Shown: positions 35,020 to 45,356, counted from the first letter of the stretch. The stretch is DNA of 64,000 nt from an uncultured delta proteobacterium (GCA_963724765.1 CAVRVY010000003.1:832001-896000); one strand, 5' to 3'. Made by a program: numbers and translations. The notes: generated from the letters alone by a model not told the origin.

Positions 35020-35095
35020 CGGCACGTGGCGGGCTCGAGCGCAAAGCTCTGCGCCACGATGGACATTCGCCGCCCAAGCTCTGTAGAAATATCCT

Positions 35096-35977
35096 ATGCC
35101 ACTGGAATCATCTTTGGTTGGAACTAAAATCGGACCCGCTACGACCGAGATCGATGCGCGATGGGCGATGGCCTACGCGGCGGCGCTCGAGGATTACCTG
35201 CCCTGCTATCTCGATACGCGGCGCGCCGACGGTATCGTCACTCATCCGGTCTTCCCGGTCTGTATCGAATGGCCGGCGGCGATCGCTTTGCACGACAAGA
35301 TGCGCGAATCTCAACTCGCCCCGAGCGAGGCGGCGCGCGGCGTCCATGCGACCTACGACGTAACCCTGCATCGCCCGATCCGGCCGCCCGAGCGGCTGAC
35401 GACAACCCTAACGCTGGCCGCGGTAGAGCGGCTCAAGCCCGGCGCTTACGAGTTGATGCGCTTCGACACTGTTGACGCGCAAAACCGGCCGGTCTGCACG
35501 ACCTGGTACGGGACGATTTACCGCGGCGTAGAAGTTGCCGGCCCCGACCGTCCCGCGGCTGACGCGCCAGCGCTGGTGACGGCTCCCAGAGCCGGCGACA
35601 CGGCGCGCGCGGAAATTCCGCTGGCGATCCCGACAGGCGCCGCGCACGTCTATACCGAATGCGCGCGTATCTGGAACCCGGTGCATACCGATAGCGCGGT
35701 CGCCGCCGCCGCCGGCCTGCCCGCGATCATCCTGCACGGCACGGCCACGATGGCGATGGCGGTGTCGAAGATTGTCGCCGCCGAGGCCGGCTATAATCCC
35801 GAGCGCGTACGGCGCATCCACGGGCGCTTCGCCGCGATGGTGCTGATGCCGTCGATGGTCACGGTCCGAATCAATTCACGCACGCCTTCAGGCGGCGGCG
35901 AAGCGGTCTCTTTCGACGTGCTCAACGCCGACGGCGCCCGCGCGATTCGTGACGGGATGGTCCTGCTCGGGGAGTAG
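35096..35977 (+). CDS. Double hot-dog MaoC-like dehydratase-family protein (paralog 2)
   Basis: Colinear with the upstream ORF (HRPIRPPERL, CTTWYG..YRGVEVAGPD, ILHGTAT). Confidence 0.8.
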   Translation: MPLESSLVGTKIGPATTEIDARWAMAYAAALEDYLPCYLDTRRADGIVTHPVFPVCIEWPAAIALHDKMRESQLAPSEAARGVHATYDVTLHRPIRPPERLTTTLTLAAVERLKPGAYELMRFDTVDAQNRPVCTTWYGTIYRGVEVAGPDRPAADAPALVTAPRAGDTARAEIPLAIPTGAAHVYTECARIWNPVHTDSAVAAAAGLPAIILHGTATMAMAVSKIVAAEAGYNPERVRRIHGRFAAMVLMPSMVTVRINSRTPSGGGEAVSFDVLNADGARAIRDGMVLLGE

Positions 35978-36055
35978 CCGTGGAGCTCAAAGTCACCGGA
36001 TCTTTTCCAGCAGCGTTCGTAAGAAAATAACGGAACAATCGCGGGAGTTACTCGC

Positions 36056-37165
36056 ATGAAGGTCAAGGCGGCTGTCGCACACAAGGCCGGCGCCCCGCTC
36101 GAGATCGAAACCGTCGATCTCGACGGACCCAGGCAGGGCGAGGTACTGGTCGAGATAAAGGCCACCGGGGTATGCCATACAGACGCCTATACGCTCTCGG
36201 GCAAGGACCCCGAGGGACTCTTCCCCGCGATCCTCGGCCATGAGGGCGCGGGCATCGTGGTCGAGGCCGGCGCGGGCGTCACTGCGGTGCGCCCCGGTGA
36301 TCACGTAATCCCGCTTTACATCCCGGAGTGCCGCCAGTGCCCGGCCTGCCTCTCCGGCAAGACCAACCTGTGCACCGCGATCCGCGAAACCCAGGGGCGG
36401 GGCGTGATGCCCGACGGCAAGAGCCGCTTCTCAACCGGCGGCGGGATGATCCATCACTACATGGGCACTTCGACGTTCGCCAACTTCACCGTGGTGCCGG
36501 AAATCGCGCTGGCCAAGGTGCGCGAAGACGCGCCCTTCGACCGCATCTGTTACATCGGATGCGGCGTCACGACCGGCGTGGGGGCGGTGATCAACACCGC
36601 GAAGGTCCAGGTTGGCGATACGGTGGTGGTTTTCGGCCTCGGCGGAATCGGGCTCAACGTGGTGCAGGGCGCGCGAATCGCCGGGGCGCGCATGATCGCG
36701 GGAGTGGACCTCAACCCGGCGCGCCGCGCGATCGCGGAGAAGTTCGGCCTTACTCATTTCGTCAACCCGGCCGAGGTGCGCGGCGACCTCGTGCCCTATC
36801 TGGTGGATCTGACGGGCGGCGGCGCCGACTTCGCGTTCGAGTGCATCGGCAACGTCAAGCTGATGCGCCAGGCGCTGGAGTGCTGCCATCGCGGATGGGG
36901 CACCTGCGTGATAATCGGCGTCGCCGGCGCGGGCGAGGAGATTTCAACCCGTCCGTTTCAGCTCGTCACTGGCCGCACCTGGAAGGGCACCGCTTTCGGC
37001 GGCGCCAGGGGACGGCGCGACGTGCCGAAGATCGTCGACTGGTACATGGATGGCAAAATAAATATCGACGATCTCATCACGCACACCATGCCGCTCAACC
37101 GCATCAACGAGGCTTTCGACCTGATGCGTCGCGGCGAGTCGATTCGCACAGTAGTGACATTCTGA
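36056..37165 (+). CDS. frmA: S-(hydroxymethyl)glutathione dehydrogenase / class III alcohol dehydrogenase
   Basis: GVCHTDAYTLSG.DPEGLFP, GHEGAG, GCGVTTG, EISTRPFQLVTGR. Confidence 0.96.
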   Translation: MKVKAAVAHKAGAPLEIETVDLDGPRQGEVLVEIKATGVCHTDAYTLSGKDPEGLFPAILGHEGAGIVVEAGAGVTAVRPGDHVIPLYIPECRQCPACLSGKTNLCTAIRETQGRGVMPDGKSRFSTGGGMIHHYMGTSTFANFTVVPEIALAKVREDAPFDRICYIGCGVTTGVGAVINTAKVQVGDTVVVFGLGGIGLNVVQGARIAGARMIAGVDLNPARRAIAEKFGLTHFVNPAEVRGDLVPYLVDLTGGGADFAFECIGNVKLMRQALECCHRGWGTCVIIGVAGAGEEISTRPFQLVTGRTWKGTAFGGARGRRDVPKIVDWYMDGKINIDDLITHTMPLNRINEAFDLMRRGESIRTVVTF

Positions 37166-37419
37166 ACGTAAGGGATTCGCCGCGCTCCGCGCGTATCCCA
37201 TCCGCGTCGTGGCCGTGGCAATGCCCTCCCGAAAACCCGTCGGAATCCCCGCATGGACTTGCGGGCGGGGCCGGGTATAGTTTTTTTGAGGGCGCAAATG
37301 CGCGCCTGGGGGGGAAAGCGATAATGGCGTGGCTTCGTGCGATCTCTGAGCGGAGGGCCGAGGGGCCGCGTGGTGATTTCTGCGCCGAGGCGATGCGGCG
37401 AAACCCGCGCTTAGGCGTG

Positions 37420-37842
37420 ATGCCCAACGTGATCAAGGTCAGTCCGCGTCGTGCAATCGGCGGATTCATCGCCGTGGCGCCGCTGATCGTCTGCGCGCTT
37501 ACGCTGGGCGGGTGCTGGCCATTCAATCGCACGCCGCCGCAACAGGAATATTTCAACGCGCTCAAGATGGGCAACGCGCCGCAAGCGAGCCAGCTCTGGC
37601 TCCAGATGACCCCCGACCAACGCGCCAAGTTCGAGCGCGGCGAGGACATCCGGCCCAGCGTATCGCCCAAGGACGTGCAGAAGGCGATCGATGAGCACTA
37701 CGCCGAGCAGGACGACGACAGCTCCGCGCCCAAACAGGTCGAGTTGTCGCCGGGTACCGGCGCGGGCCTGCAGGACCTGCACTCCTATCTCAATGCCAAC
37801 AGCGCCAGCGGCGCGCCGCAACCCGCGCCGCCCGAGCAATAG
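37420..37842 (+). CDS. Hypothetical lipoprotein
   Basis: Signal peptide ending in lipobox LGGC; 3' part of ORF-track entry 36328..37842. Confidence 0.65.
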   Translation: MPNVIKVSPRRAIGGFIAVAPLIVCALTLGGCWPFNRTPPQQEYFNALKMGNAPQASQLWLQMTPDQRAKFERGEDIRPSVSPKDVQKAIDEHYAEQDDDSSAPKQVELSPGTGAGLQDLHSYLNANSASGAPQPAPPEQ

Positions 37843-37896
37843 CAATACTGTCGCGCGGGCCGTCTCGCCTCGCGCAACTGAGGACACAGACCCACG

Positions 37897-39050
37897 ATGG
37901 AGTTCGCCTTCAACCCAGACCAGGAGATGCTTCGCCGCACGCTCGCCGACTTCGCCGCCCGCGAGCTCGCCCCAGCCTACGCCGGCCGCGACAAGGATGA
38001 GGACCTGCCGCGCTCGATCGTGCTCAAGCTCGGCGAGCTCGGATTGCTCGCGCCGATGGTCGAGCAGCGCCACGGCGGCCAGGAGCTGGATTACGTCTCG
38101 CTCGGCATCGCGCACGAAGAGATCGGCCGCGCGGACTTCAACGCGGCCTACGTGCTGCTGCTCTCGGGACTGGTCGGCGCGATCGTCAACGCTCGCGGCG
38201 ACGATCGCCAGCGCGCCGAGTACCTTGCGCCGATCTGCCGCGGCGACGCGGTCGCGCGCTCGCAGTCACTGAACCCGGTGGCGGCTCGGACGCCGCGCAC
38301 ATCCGCCTGCAGGCGCGACGCGACGGCGACAGTTACCTGCTGAGCGGCGAGAAAACTTCGATCTCGCTCGGCTCATGGGCCGACACGGCGCTGGTGATGG
38401 CGCGCACGGGTACGCTCGAGCAGGGCGCGCATGGCGTGAGCGCTTTCTACGTCGATCTGCGAACGCCGGGTGTCAGCCGCGCGCGCTTTCGCGACCTTGG
38501 CACGCGCGCGATCGGTCGCGGCCAGCTCTTCTTCGACGAGGTGCGCGTGCCTGCCGCCGCGCGCATCGGCTCGGAGGGCGCCGGCTTCGTGCAGGTGATG
38601 CAGGGCTTCGACTTCAGCCGCTCGCTCATCGGCCTGATGTGCATCGGGGCGGCCCAGCAAAGCGTCGACGAAACCGTCAAGTACGTAACCGAGCGCCAGG
38701 CCTTCGGCTCCGCGCTGGCGCGCTTTGAGGGCGTGTCGTTTCCGCTGGCCGAGGCCGCGGTCAAGCTGCGCGCCGCACGCTTGCTCTGTTACGAAGCCCT
38801 ATGGTTGCGTGACCAGGGCAAGCCGCACGGATGGCTGGCGGCGGGATGTAAGTGGTGGGCGCCCGAACTGGCGGTCCAGGTCATCCATCAATGCCTGCTC
38901 CTGCACGGCCATCTCGGCTTCAGCCTCGACCTGCCCCATCAGCAGCGCCTGCGCGACGTTATCGGGCTCGAGATCGGCGACGGCACTGCGCAGATCATGA
39001 AGACGATGGTGGCGCGCGAGGTTATCGGCAAGGCCGCCCGTCCCTACTAG
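37897..39050 (+). CDS. Acyl-CoA dehydrogenase, cyclohexanecarboxyl-CoA dehydrogenase (AliB)-like, frameshift near 38256
   Basis: N-half MEFAFNPDQE; shifted frame ALAVTEPGGGSD, GEKTSIS, FEGVSFPLAE, QQRLRDVIGLEIGDGTAQIMK. Confidence 0.85.
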
Positions 39051-39829
39051 GCGCGCCGCGCAAGAAAGCGCAGCCGCATGTAATCGGCGGTCCAGCGCCC
39101 GGCTTCATCGCACAGCACCGGCCTCAGCATCGCGATAGCCTCATCGCGTGCGCCCGTGCGCTCGATGGCTGGCAGCCGAGTGAGGAACGGCGCGGCGAAC
39201 GTGTCGAGCCATCCGGCCATATCGGTCGGCAGCGGCGTCGGCCGCGGGATCAACTCTATGTACTCGACGGTGAAGCCGCCGCGCTCCAGGCGCGCACGAT
39301 AGTCGTTGACGGTGGGGAAATACCAGGGGCTCGCCGACTTGCCGTCGACGCCGTGGCGCTCGAGCACCGCGATCAACGCGACCGTAATCGCCGCGACGCA
39401 TCCATGACCGCCCATTTCGCCGGCGAAACGGCCGCCCGGCTTGAGCGCGCGCGCCACTGCCGCGATCACTGCGTCAGGATCGTCCTTCATCCAGTGTAGC
39501 GCCGCATTGGAAAAGGCCGCGTCGAACTCACTCCTGAAATCGAGCCTCGCGCCGTCGGCCACGCGCGCGTCGAGCCCGCGTTTTTGCGCTGCCGCGACCA
39601 TGTCGGCCGAGGCGTCGACGCCCACCACCGAGGCGCCCGCGGCGACAATTTTTTCCGTCAGCACGCCGTCACCGCATCCGAGATCGAGGATATGCTCGCC
39701 GGCTTGTGGCTTGAGCAGATCGAGTACGGGCTGCCCGAGCGCCGGAACGAAATGAGCATGCTGCGCGTAGCGCTCGGCCTTCCAGCTTTGGGCGGACGGC
39801 GAAGGTTTGGCGGATTGTGAATTTCCCAT
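39047..39829 (-). CDS. Class I SAM-dependent methyltransferase (Tam-like)
   Basis: ILDLGCGDG, FDAAFSNAALHW, LKPGGRFAGEMGG.G, WTADYMRLRF. Confidence 0.9.
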   Translation of the reverse strand: MGNSQSAKPSPSAQSWKAERYAQHAHFVPALGQPVLDLLKPQAGEHILDLGCGDGVLTEKIVAAGASVVGVDASADMVAAAQKRGLDARVADGARLDFRSEFDAAFSNAALHWMKDDPDAVIAAVARALKPGGRFAGEMGGHGCVAAITVALIAVLERHGVDGKSASPWYFPTVNDYRARLERGGFTVEYIELIPRPTPLPTDMAGWLDTFAAPFLTRLPAIERTGARDEAIAMLRPVLCDEAGRWTADYMRLRFLARRA

Positions 39830-39859
39830 CGCTTGAACATATACTGGGACAGGGACGAA

Positions 39860-40492
39860 GTGGACACACCCGAAATCATGGGAGCGCCGGACAAGCCGCG
39901 GCCGGGAGTGTCGCCCGTATGGCGAGGACTGACCTGGCTGGGCCTGGCGATCGCGCTGGTGCTCGCGCTTTTGGCGAGCAAGTACTCGGCGGCCTTGCGC
40001 TACGAGCGGATCACCGACTCCGCGGCGCGCGCGGCGCTGAGCGATCGCATCACCAGCCTCGAACATGACGTCGTCGACGCACACAACCAGGTCGCCTCAC
40101 TGCGCCAGCAACTGGAAGCGAACGGCGAGACCGTCAGCGCGGCGCTTGCGCCCGACTCGCGAATCATCCATCTTGCGCCGCTTGGCGCCGTGCCTAACGC
40201 AAGCGCCGTGGTCACCGAAAGCCCGATCAAGAACAAGGCCGTATTGCTCGTCAGCGGACTCCCGCTCGCACCGTCGGGCCAAGTCTACGAGCTATGGTGG
40301 ATCGGACCGCACGACGAAGCGATTAAAGCCGCGGCCTTCGATCTCGACCCGCAGGGCGCGGCGATCGCCAATGTAACCACGCCGCCCGCGGACGCGCACG
40401 TGGTCGCCGGCGAAGTCACGCTCCAGCCCTCGCAAGGCGACGACAAGCCGGGCGGCACGATCTACTTCAGGGGCGCGACCGAAGAACGCTGA
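39860..40492 (+). CDS. RskA-type anti-sigma factor C-terminal domain membrane protein
   Basis: TM helix, coiled coil, GLPLAPSGQVYELWWI, VTLQP..G..KPGG; start uncertain. Confidence 0.75.
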   Translation: MDTPEIMGAPDKPRPGVSPVWRGLTWLGLAIALVLALLASKYSAALRYERITDSAARAALSDRITSLEHDVVDAHNQVASLRQQLEANGETVSAALAPDSRIIHLAPLGAVPNASAVVTESPIKNKAVLLVSGLPLAPSGQVYELWWIGPHDEAIKAAAFDLDPQGAAIANVTTPPADAHVVAGEVTLQPSQGDDKPGGTIYFRGATEER

Positions 40493-40513
40493 CGGCGTAT
40501 CAATCGGGAGTCG

Positions 40514-41296
40514 ATGCTCAGGGGAATTGATCACGTCGTGATCGTCGTGGCCGATTTGGATCGCGCGATTGCCGGCTTTGACACGCTGGGCTTTACGGTG
40601 GTCCGCGGCGGCCGCCATCTGGGGCTCGGCACCCACAACGCACTGATCGCTTTCGCCGACGGCGCTTATTTCGAACTCATCGCCTTCCTCGTTCCGTCTT
40701 CGACGCATCGATGGTTTGCCGCTGCGAGCAAGGGCGGCGGACTGACTGACTTTTACATGCAGACCGGCGACCTCGATGCCGACGCCGCCGCATTCAAGCG
40801 GGCCGGCGCCGTTATCAGCGAACCGTTCCCGATGGAACGCGAGCGCCCCGACGGCTATACGCTGAAATGGATGCTTGCAGTGGCGCAGCCGCCCTCGGCC
40901 GGCGCGGTACCGTTCCTCATCCGCGACACCACGCCGCGCGACGAGCGAGTTCCGCGCGCTCGCGCCCATCGTAGCGGAGCAGCCGGCATCCGCACGCTCA
41001 CTGTCGCGGTCGAAAACGCCGCGGCGGCGCGCGCGTTCTACGAACGCGTGCTCGGCGCTCGCGGCGAGGAGTTCCGGCGTGACGATCTCGGCGCTGCGGG
41101 CGTCCGCTTCGCTGTCGGGTCGGATGAATCGCAACATGAGCTGCAATTCATCGCGCCGGTCTCGGAAACCGGGGTGGTCGCCGGATGGCTTCGCGCGCGC
41201 GGGCCGTCGCCCTGCGAAGTCACCCTGCGCGGTCCCGCCACCGTGCCTTCATTACTCAACGCCGCGTGCGCACAGAACGCGCGCATTCTGCTTTAG
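40514..41296 (+). CDS. VOC/glyoxalase-like family protein
   Basis: IDHVVIVVADLD, GGRH...GTHNALI.F.DG.YFELI, RPDG..LKW, PFLI. Confidence 0.88.
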   Translation: MLRGIDHVVIVVADLDRAIAGFDTLGFTVVRGGRHLGLGTHNALIAFADGAYFELIAFLVPSSTHRWFAAASKGGGLTDFYMQTGDLDADAAAFKRAGAVISEPFPMERERPDGYTLKWMLAVAQPPSAGAVPFLIRDTTPRDERVPRARAHRSGAAGIRTLTVAVENAAAARAFYERVLGARGEEFRRDDLGAAGVRFAVGSDESQHELQFIAPVSETGVVAGWLRARGPSPCEVTLRGPATVPSLLNAACAQNARILL

Positions 41297-41306
41297 GACG
41301 CGGCCG

Positions 41307-42701
41307 ATGAATTCGCAGTCCATACCGCGCCTGCTGATTTCCGCGACCGGCAGCGGCGCGGGCAAGACCACCGCGACGATCGCGCTGATGGGCGCGCTGC
41401 GCGCGCGCGGGATGCGCGTCGCCTCCTTCAAATGCGGCCCCGACTATCTCGACCCGACCTACCATCGCCGCGCCGCGGGCGGATCCTCGCACAATCTCGA
41501 CGGCTGGATGATGGATCGCGCTTCGGTGCTTGCGACCTTTGTGCGCGCCGCTGCGGACGCCGACATCGCGGTGATCGAAGGGATGATGGGACTGTTCGAC
41601 GGCGCCGCGCCGACCAGCGATGAAGGCTCGTCGGCGGAGATCGCGAAGTGGCTCGCGGCTCCCGTGCTGCTGGTGGTCGACGCGTCGGGGATGGCGCGAA
41701 CGGTGGCGGCGGTCGCACACGGATTCAGCCATTTCGACCCGCGACTCAAGCTCGCCGGCCTCATCTGCAACCGTGTCGGCAGTCGCGGCCATCTCGATTT
41801 GTTGCGCACCGCGTCGGCGGAAGTGCCGGTGCTGGGCGGCTTTCCAAGCGAAGCGCGTGTTGCCTTTCCCGAGCGCCATCTTGGGCTGCTCAGCGCTGAT
41901 GACAAAAATGTCGCGCAGTCGATGTTCGAGGCGTGGGCAGACATGGCGGCGCAATGGCTCGACCTCGACGAGATCGTCGCGATCGCGCGGAGCGCTCCGA
42001 TGCTGAGCGGACTCGACGCCGCGGAGCTTTGGCCGCGAAGCGGTGCATCGGCTCCGCGATGCCGTATCGGTGTGGCTTGCGACGATGCCTTCCATTTTTA
42101 CTACGAAGATAACCTGCGCCGACTCGAAGCGGCGGGCGCCGAACTGGTGCGCTTTGCGCCGACGCGCGAGGCGCGGCTGCCCGACGCCGACGGACTTTAT
42201 TTCGGCGGCGGCTATCCGGAAGCGCTCGCCGCCGAGCTTTCCGAAAATCGCGCGATGATCGACGCGGTGCGCGGCTTCGCGCAAGCCGGCGGCCCGATTT
42301 ACGCCGAGTGCGGCGGCCTGATGTATCTCAGCGAGGGTATCCGCACGCTGGAGGGGCGCTCGTGGCCGATGGTTGGGCTCGTTGCGGGAGAAGCTGTGAT
42401 GTCCGAGCGCCTGCAGGCGCTCGGCTACGTCGAGGTCGAGACGCGCGGCGAGTCGATTCTCGGGCCGGCCGGGATGCGGATGCGGGGCCATCAGTTCCGC
42501 TACTCGACGCTAACGCCAATTCCTGAGCGAATGGAGCGCGTGTACGCGGTGCGTCCGCGATGGGGCGCGCCGTTTGTGGAGGGTTATCGCTCAGGCAGCG
42601 TGCTCGCCTCCTACGTGCATATCCATTGGGCGTCCAATCCGCAGGCCGCCGAAGGATTCGTAAACTCATGCGCGGCCTGGCGCGAGCGACGCCGCCAGTG
42701 A
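41307..42701 (+). CDS. cobB: Cobyrinate a,c-diamide synthase
   Basis: SGAGKTT, FKCGPDYLDP, NLDGWM, EGMMGLFDG, GGGYPE, YAECGGLMYL, LASYVHIH. Confidence 0.95.
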   Translation: MNSQSIPRLLISATGSGAGKTTATIALMGALRARGMRVASFKCGPDYLDPTYHRRAAGGSSHNLDGWMMDRASVLATFVRAAADADIAVIEGMMGLFDGAAPTSDEGSSAEIAKWLAAPVLLVVDASGMARTVAAVAHGFSHFDPRLKLAGLICNRVGSRGHLDLLRTASAEVPVLGGFPSEARVAFPERHLGLLSADDKNVAQSMFEAWADMAAQWLDLDEIVAIARSAPMLSGLDAAELWPRSGASAPRCRIGVACDDAFHFYYEDNLRRLEAAGAELVRFAPTREARLPDADGLYFGGGYPEALAAELSENRAMIDAVRGFAQAGGPIYAECGGLMYLSEGIRTLEGRSWPMVGLVAGEAVMSERLQALGYVEVETRGESILGPAGMRMRGHQFRYSTLTPIPERMERVYAVRPRWGAPFVEGYRSGSVLASYVHIHWASNPQAAEGFVNSCAAWRERRRQ

Positions 42702-42732
42702 CGTATCCATCGCTCCCGATGCGTTTCCCGTT

Positions 42733-44289
42733 ATGAACTCGTCGCGGACTGCTCCGGCACGCACATTGATGGTGCAGGGCACCGCGTCGTCGGTCGGCAA
42801 AAGCCTGATCGTCGCCGCGCTCTGCCGAATCTTTCATCGCGAGGGGCTGAGCGTCGCGCCGTTCAAGGCGCAGAACATGGCGCTCAACTCATTCGTCACG
42901 CCCGACGGCGGCGAGATCGGACGCGCCCAGGCGGTGCAGGCCGAGGCAGCCGGTCTTGATCCGACGGTCGAGATGAATCCGATTCTGCTGAAGCCCGAGG
43001 GCGGGATGCGCTCGCAGGTGGTCGTGCTCGGCAAGCCGCGTGACCGGATGACCTGGTCCGAATATCAACAGCTCAAGCCCGAGTTCGTCCGGATAATCGC
43101 GGACTCGCTGTCGAGGCTGCGCGCGCGGCACGATCTGATCATAATCGAGGGCGCTGGCTCGCCCGCCGAGGTCAACCTCGCCGCGCAGGATATCGTGAAC
43201 ATGCACGTCGCGGCCGAGGCGGACGCGCCGGTGCTGCTGGTCGGCGATATCGACCGCGGCGGCGTGTTCGCGCATCTCACCGGCACGATGGAATTGCTGG
43301 CGCCGTCCGATCGCGCGCGCGTCGCCGGTTTTCTGATCAACAAATTTCGCGGCGACCCCGCGCTTCTGGCGTCTGGGCTGGAATTCCTGCGCGCGCGCTT
43401 CAAGATTCCCGTGCTCGGCGTGATTCCGTACGTCGAGCGCCTGCGTATCGCCGACGAAGACTCGGTGGCGCTTGAGGATCGCCGCAAGCGGCGTGCGCCG
43501 ATATCCGGTCAGCCCAGCCAGATCGATATCGCGGTCGTAAGGCTGCCGCGCATCTCAAACTATGACGACTTTCTCGCCCTCGAGCACGAAGACGACGTGA
43601 CCGTGCGGTTCGTAGAGGAAGCCGGCGAACTGGCCGGCGCCGACCTCGCGATAATCCCGGGATCGAAAAGCACCGTCGCCGATCTCGGATGGCTTAACGA
43701 AAGCGGGTTCGCGCGCGCGATCGTCGCGCGCGCACACGAGGGCGGTCTAATTGCGGGAATTTGCGGCGGATGCCAGATGCTCGGCGAGCGAATCGAGGAT
43801 CCGTATCGGGTCGAGTCGGACGAGGGCTCGGCGCGCGGCCTCGGCCTGCTGCCGATAATCACGCGGTTCGGAAAAACCAAACTCACCGCACAAGTGAGCG
43901 CGCGGGTCGAGACTCCGTCGATTTTGAGCGGCGCGACGGTCGTCGCAGACGAAATCTCCGCCTACGAGATCCACATGGGAAACGTCGAGCGCGTCGCTGG
44001 AACCGCCCCGCCGTTTCGGATCGTCGAACGCAACGGAGCGCCGGCCGATACGCTCGACGGCGCGATCAACCGCGACGGCACGGTCGCCGGCACGATGCTT
44101 CACGGAATTTTCGAAAACGACGCGCTGCGCGCCGCCTTTCTCGACACGCTGCGCCAGCGCAAGGGACTCGCCGCGAGCGGCGAAACGCGGCCGGTCGCCT
44201 CGCGCGAGGCGGAATACGATCGCCTGGCCGCGGCAGTCGCGGGCAGCGTCGATCTGCCGATGCTGCGAAAGATAGCCAGGCTCGGCTGA
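42733..44289 (+). CDS. cobQ: Cobyric acid synthase
   Basis: QGTASSVGKS, PFKAQNMALNS, EGAGSPAEVNL, DIDRGGVFA, INKFRGD, GICGGCQMLG. Confidence 0.96.
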   Translation: MNSSRTAPARTLMVQGTASSVGKSLIVAALCRIFHREGLSVAPFKAQNMALNSFVTPDGGEIGRAQAVQAEAAGLDPTVEMNPILLKPEGGMRSQVVVLGKPRDRMTWSEYQQLKPEFVRIIADSLSRLRARHDLIIIEGAGSPAEVNLAAQDIVNMHVAAEADAPVLLVGDIDRGGVFAHLTGTMELLAPSDRARVAGFLINKFRGDPALLASGLEFLRARFKIPVLGVIPYVERLRIADEDSVALEDRRKRRAPISGQPSQIDIAVVRLPRISNYDDFLALEHEDDVTVRFVEEAGELAGADLAIIPGSKSTVADLGWLNESGFARAIVARAHEGGLIAGICGGCQMLGERIEDPYRVESDEGSARGLGLLPIITRFGKTKLTAQVSARVETPSILSGATVVADEISAYEIHMGNVERVAGTAPPFRIVERNGAPADTLDGAINRDGTVAGTMLHGIFENDALRAAFLDTLRQRKGLAASGETRPVASREAEYDRLAAAVAGSVDLPMLRKIARLG

Positions 44290-44346
44290 TCCGGCGATTG
44301 CGCCCCCCTCAAGACATCCGCAGCGCGAAATCCTAGAATTGCCTTC

Positions 44347-45222
44347 ATGGGTGACGACCGTTCAAAACATCCGGACGCGCTCGAGCATAAACCGGAGGCG
44401 CTCGAGCACGAGGCGCCAAACACGCTCGAAGGCTGGAGCGTGCTGCATCAAGTGTTCCGGCTACGGCGCGAAGCGCTCGGCGCGCTCGACGCGGCGCGGC
44501 GCGAACCAATCCTGCGGGAGGCGGCCGGAGCGATCTCCGCGATGGAACGGCGCGATGATGGCGAGAGTGCGCTCTTTTCGATCCTGGGCCACAAGGGCGA
44601 TCTGCTCGCGGTGCATTTCCGCCGGAGCTTCGGCGAACTCGAGCGCGCCCAGGCCGAGGTCGCGGCGCTGGAACTTAGCGCGTTCCTCGAGCAGACCGGA
44701 TCATACGTCTCGATGGTCGAGATCGGATTGTACGAAGCGACGGTCGCGCTGAACGCTCGGCTTGCGGGCGAAGGGCTGCGTCCACATTCGCCCGAGTGGA
44801 AACGGGCGGTGGAGGAAGAGCTTGCCGCGCAGCGCGACAAAATGGGCGCACGCCTGTGGCCCAAAATTCCCGCGCGTCGCTACCTTTGCTTTTACCCGAT
44901 GAACAAGCGGCGCGCCGGCGCCGACAACTGGTATCAGCTTCCGATCGGCGAGCGCCGCCGCCTGATGCATGAACACGGGATGATCGGCCGGCGCTACGCA
45001 GGGCAGGTCACGCAGATAATCTCCGGCTCGGTCGGCTTCGATGATTGGGAGTGGGGCGTCGACCTCTTCGCCGACGATCCGCTGGTCTTCAAGAAGCTGG
45101 TCTACGAGATGCGCTTCGACGAATCGAGCGCGCGCTATGCCGAGTTCGGCCCGTTCATCGTTGCGATCCGGCTCGGCACCGACGATCTGCAAGGGCGCAT
45201 CTTTGGCCGCATCAGCGGCTGA
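44347..45222 (+). CDS. chdC: Coproheme decarboxylase (HemQ/ChdC, chlorite dismutase superfamily)
   Basis: TLEGWSVLH, GHKGDL, FYPMNKRR...NWY.LP..ER..LM.EHG, GSVGFDDWEWGVDLF, YEMRFDE.SARY. Confidence 0.85.
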   Translation: MGDDRSKHPDALEHKPEALEHEAPNTLEGWSVLHQVFRLRREALGALDAARREPILREAAGAISAMERRDDGESALFSILGHKGDLLAVHFRRSFGELERAQAEVAALELSAFLEQTGSYVSMVEIGLYEATVALNARLAGEGLRPHSPEWKRAVEEELAAQRDKMGARLWPKIPARRYLCFYPMNKRRAGADNWYQLPIGERRRLMHEHGMIGRRYAGQVTQIISGSVGFDDWEWGVDLFADDPLVFKKLVYEMRFDESSARYAEFGPFIVAIRLGTDDLQGRIFGRISG

Positions 45223-45230
45223 GCGCCGCC

Positions 45231-45279
45231 ATTTCATATTTCACTGTTTCACCTTTCACTGTTTCACGACTGTCTCACA
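45231..45279. repeat. Degenerate short tandem repeat (TTTCAC units)
   Basis: ATTTCATATTTCACTGTTTCACCTTTCACTGTTTCACGACTGTCTCAC. Confidence 0.7.
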
Positions 45280-45356
45280 TGTGCGTCTGCCCGGTGTTAT
45301 ATGCATCGCGGGCGACAGGATCGGATCGCGCGCAACACTCGAGGGAGGGCCACCAG

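Noticed and set aside
36328-37842. 504-aa ORF overlapping frmA
   Set aside because: Only the last 140 codons (lipoprotein) look coding; the rest is an alternative frame of frmA
38240-38280. Programmed ribosomal frameshift in the acyl-CoA dehydrogenase (and the mutase)
   Set aside because: No slippery sequence, and these families are not known to use recoding; indel error is more parsimonious
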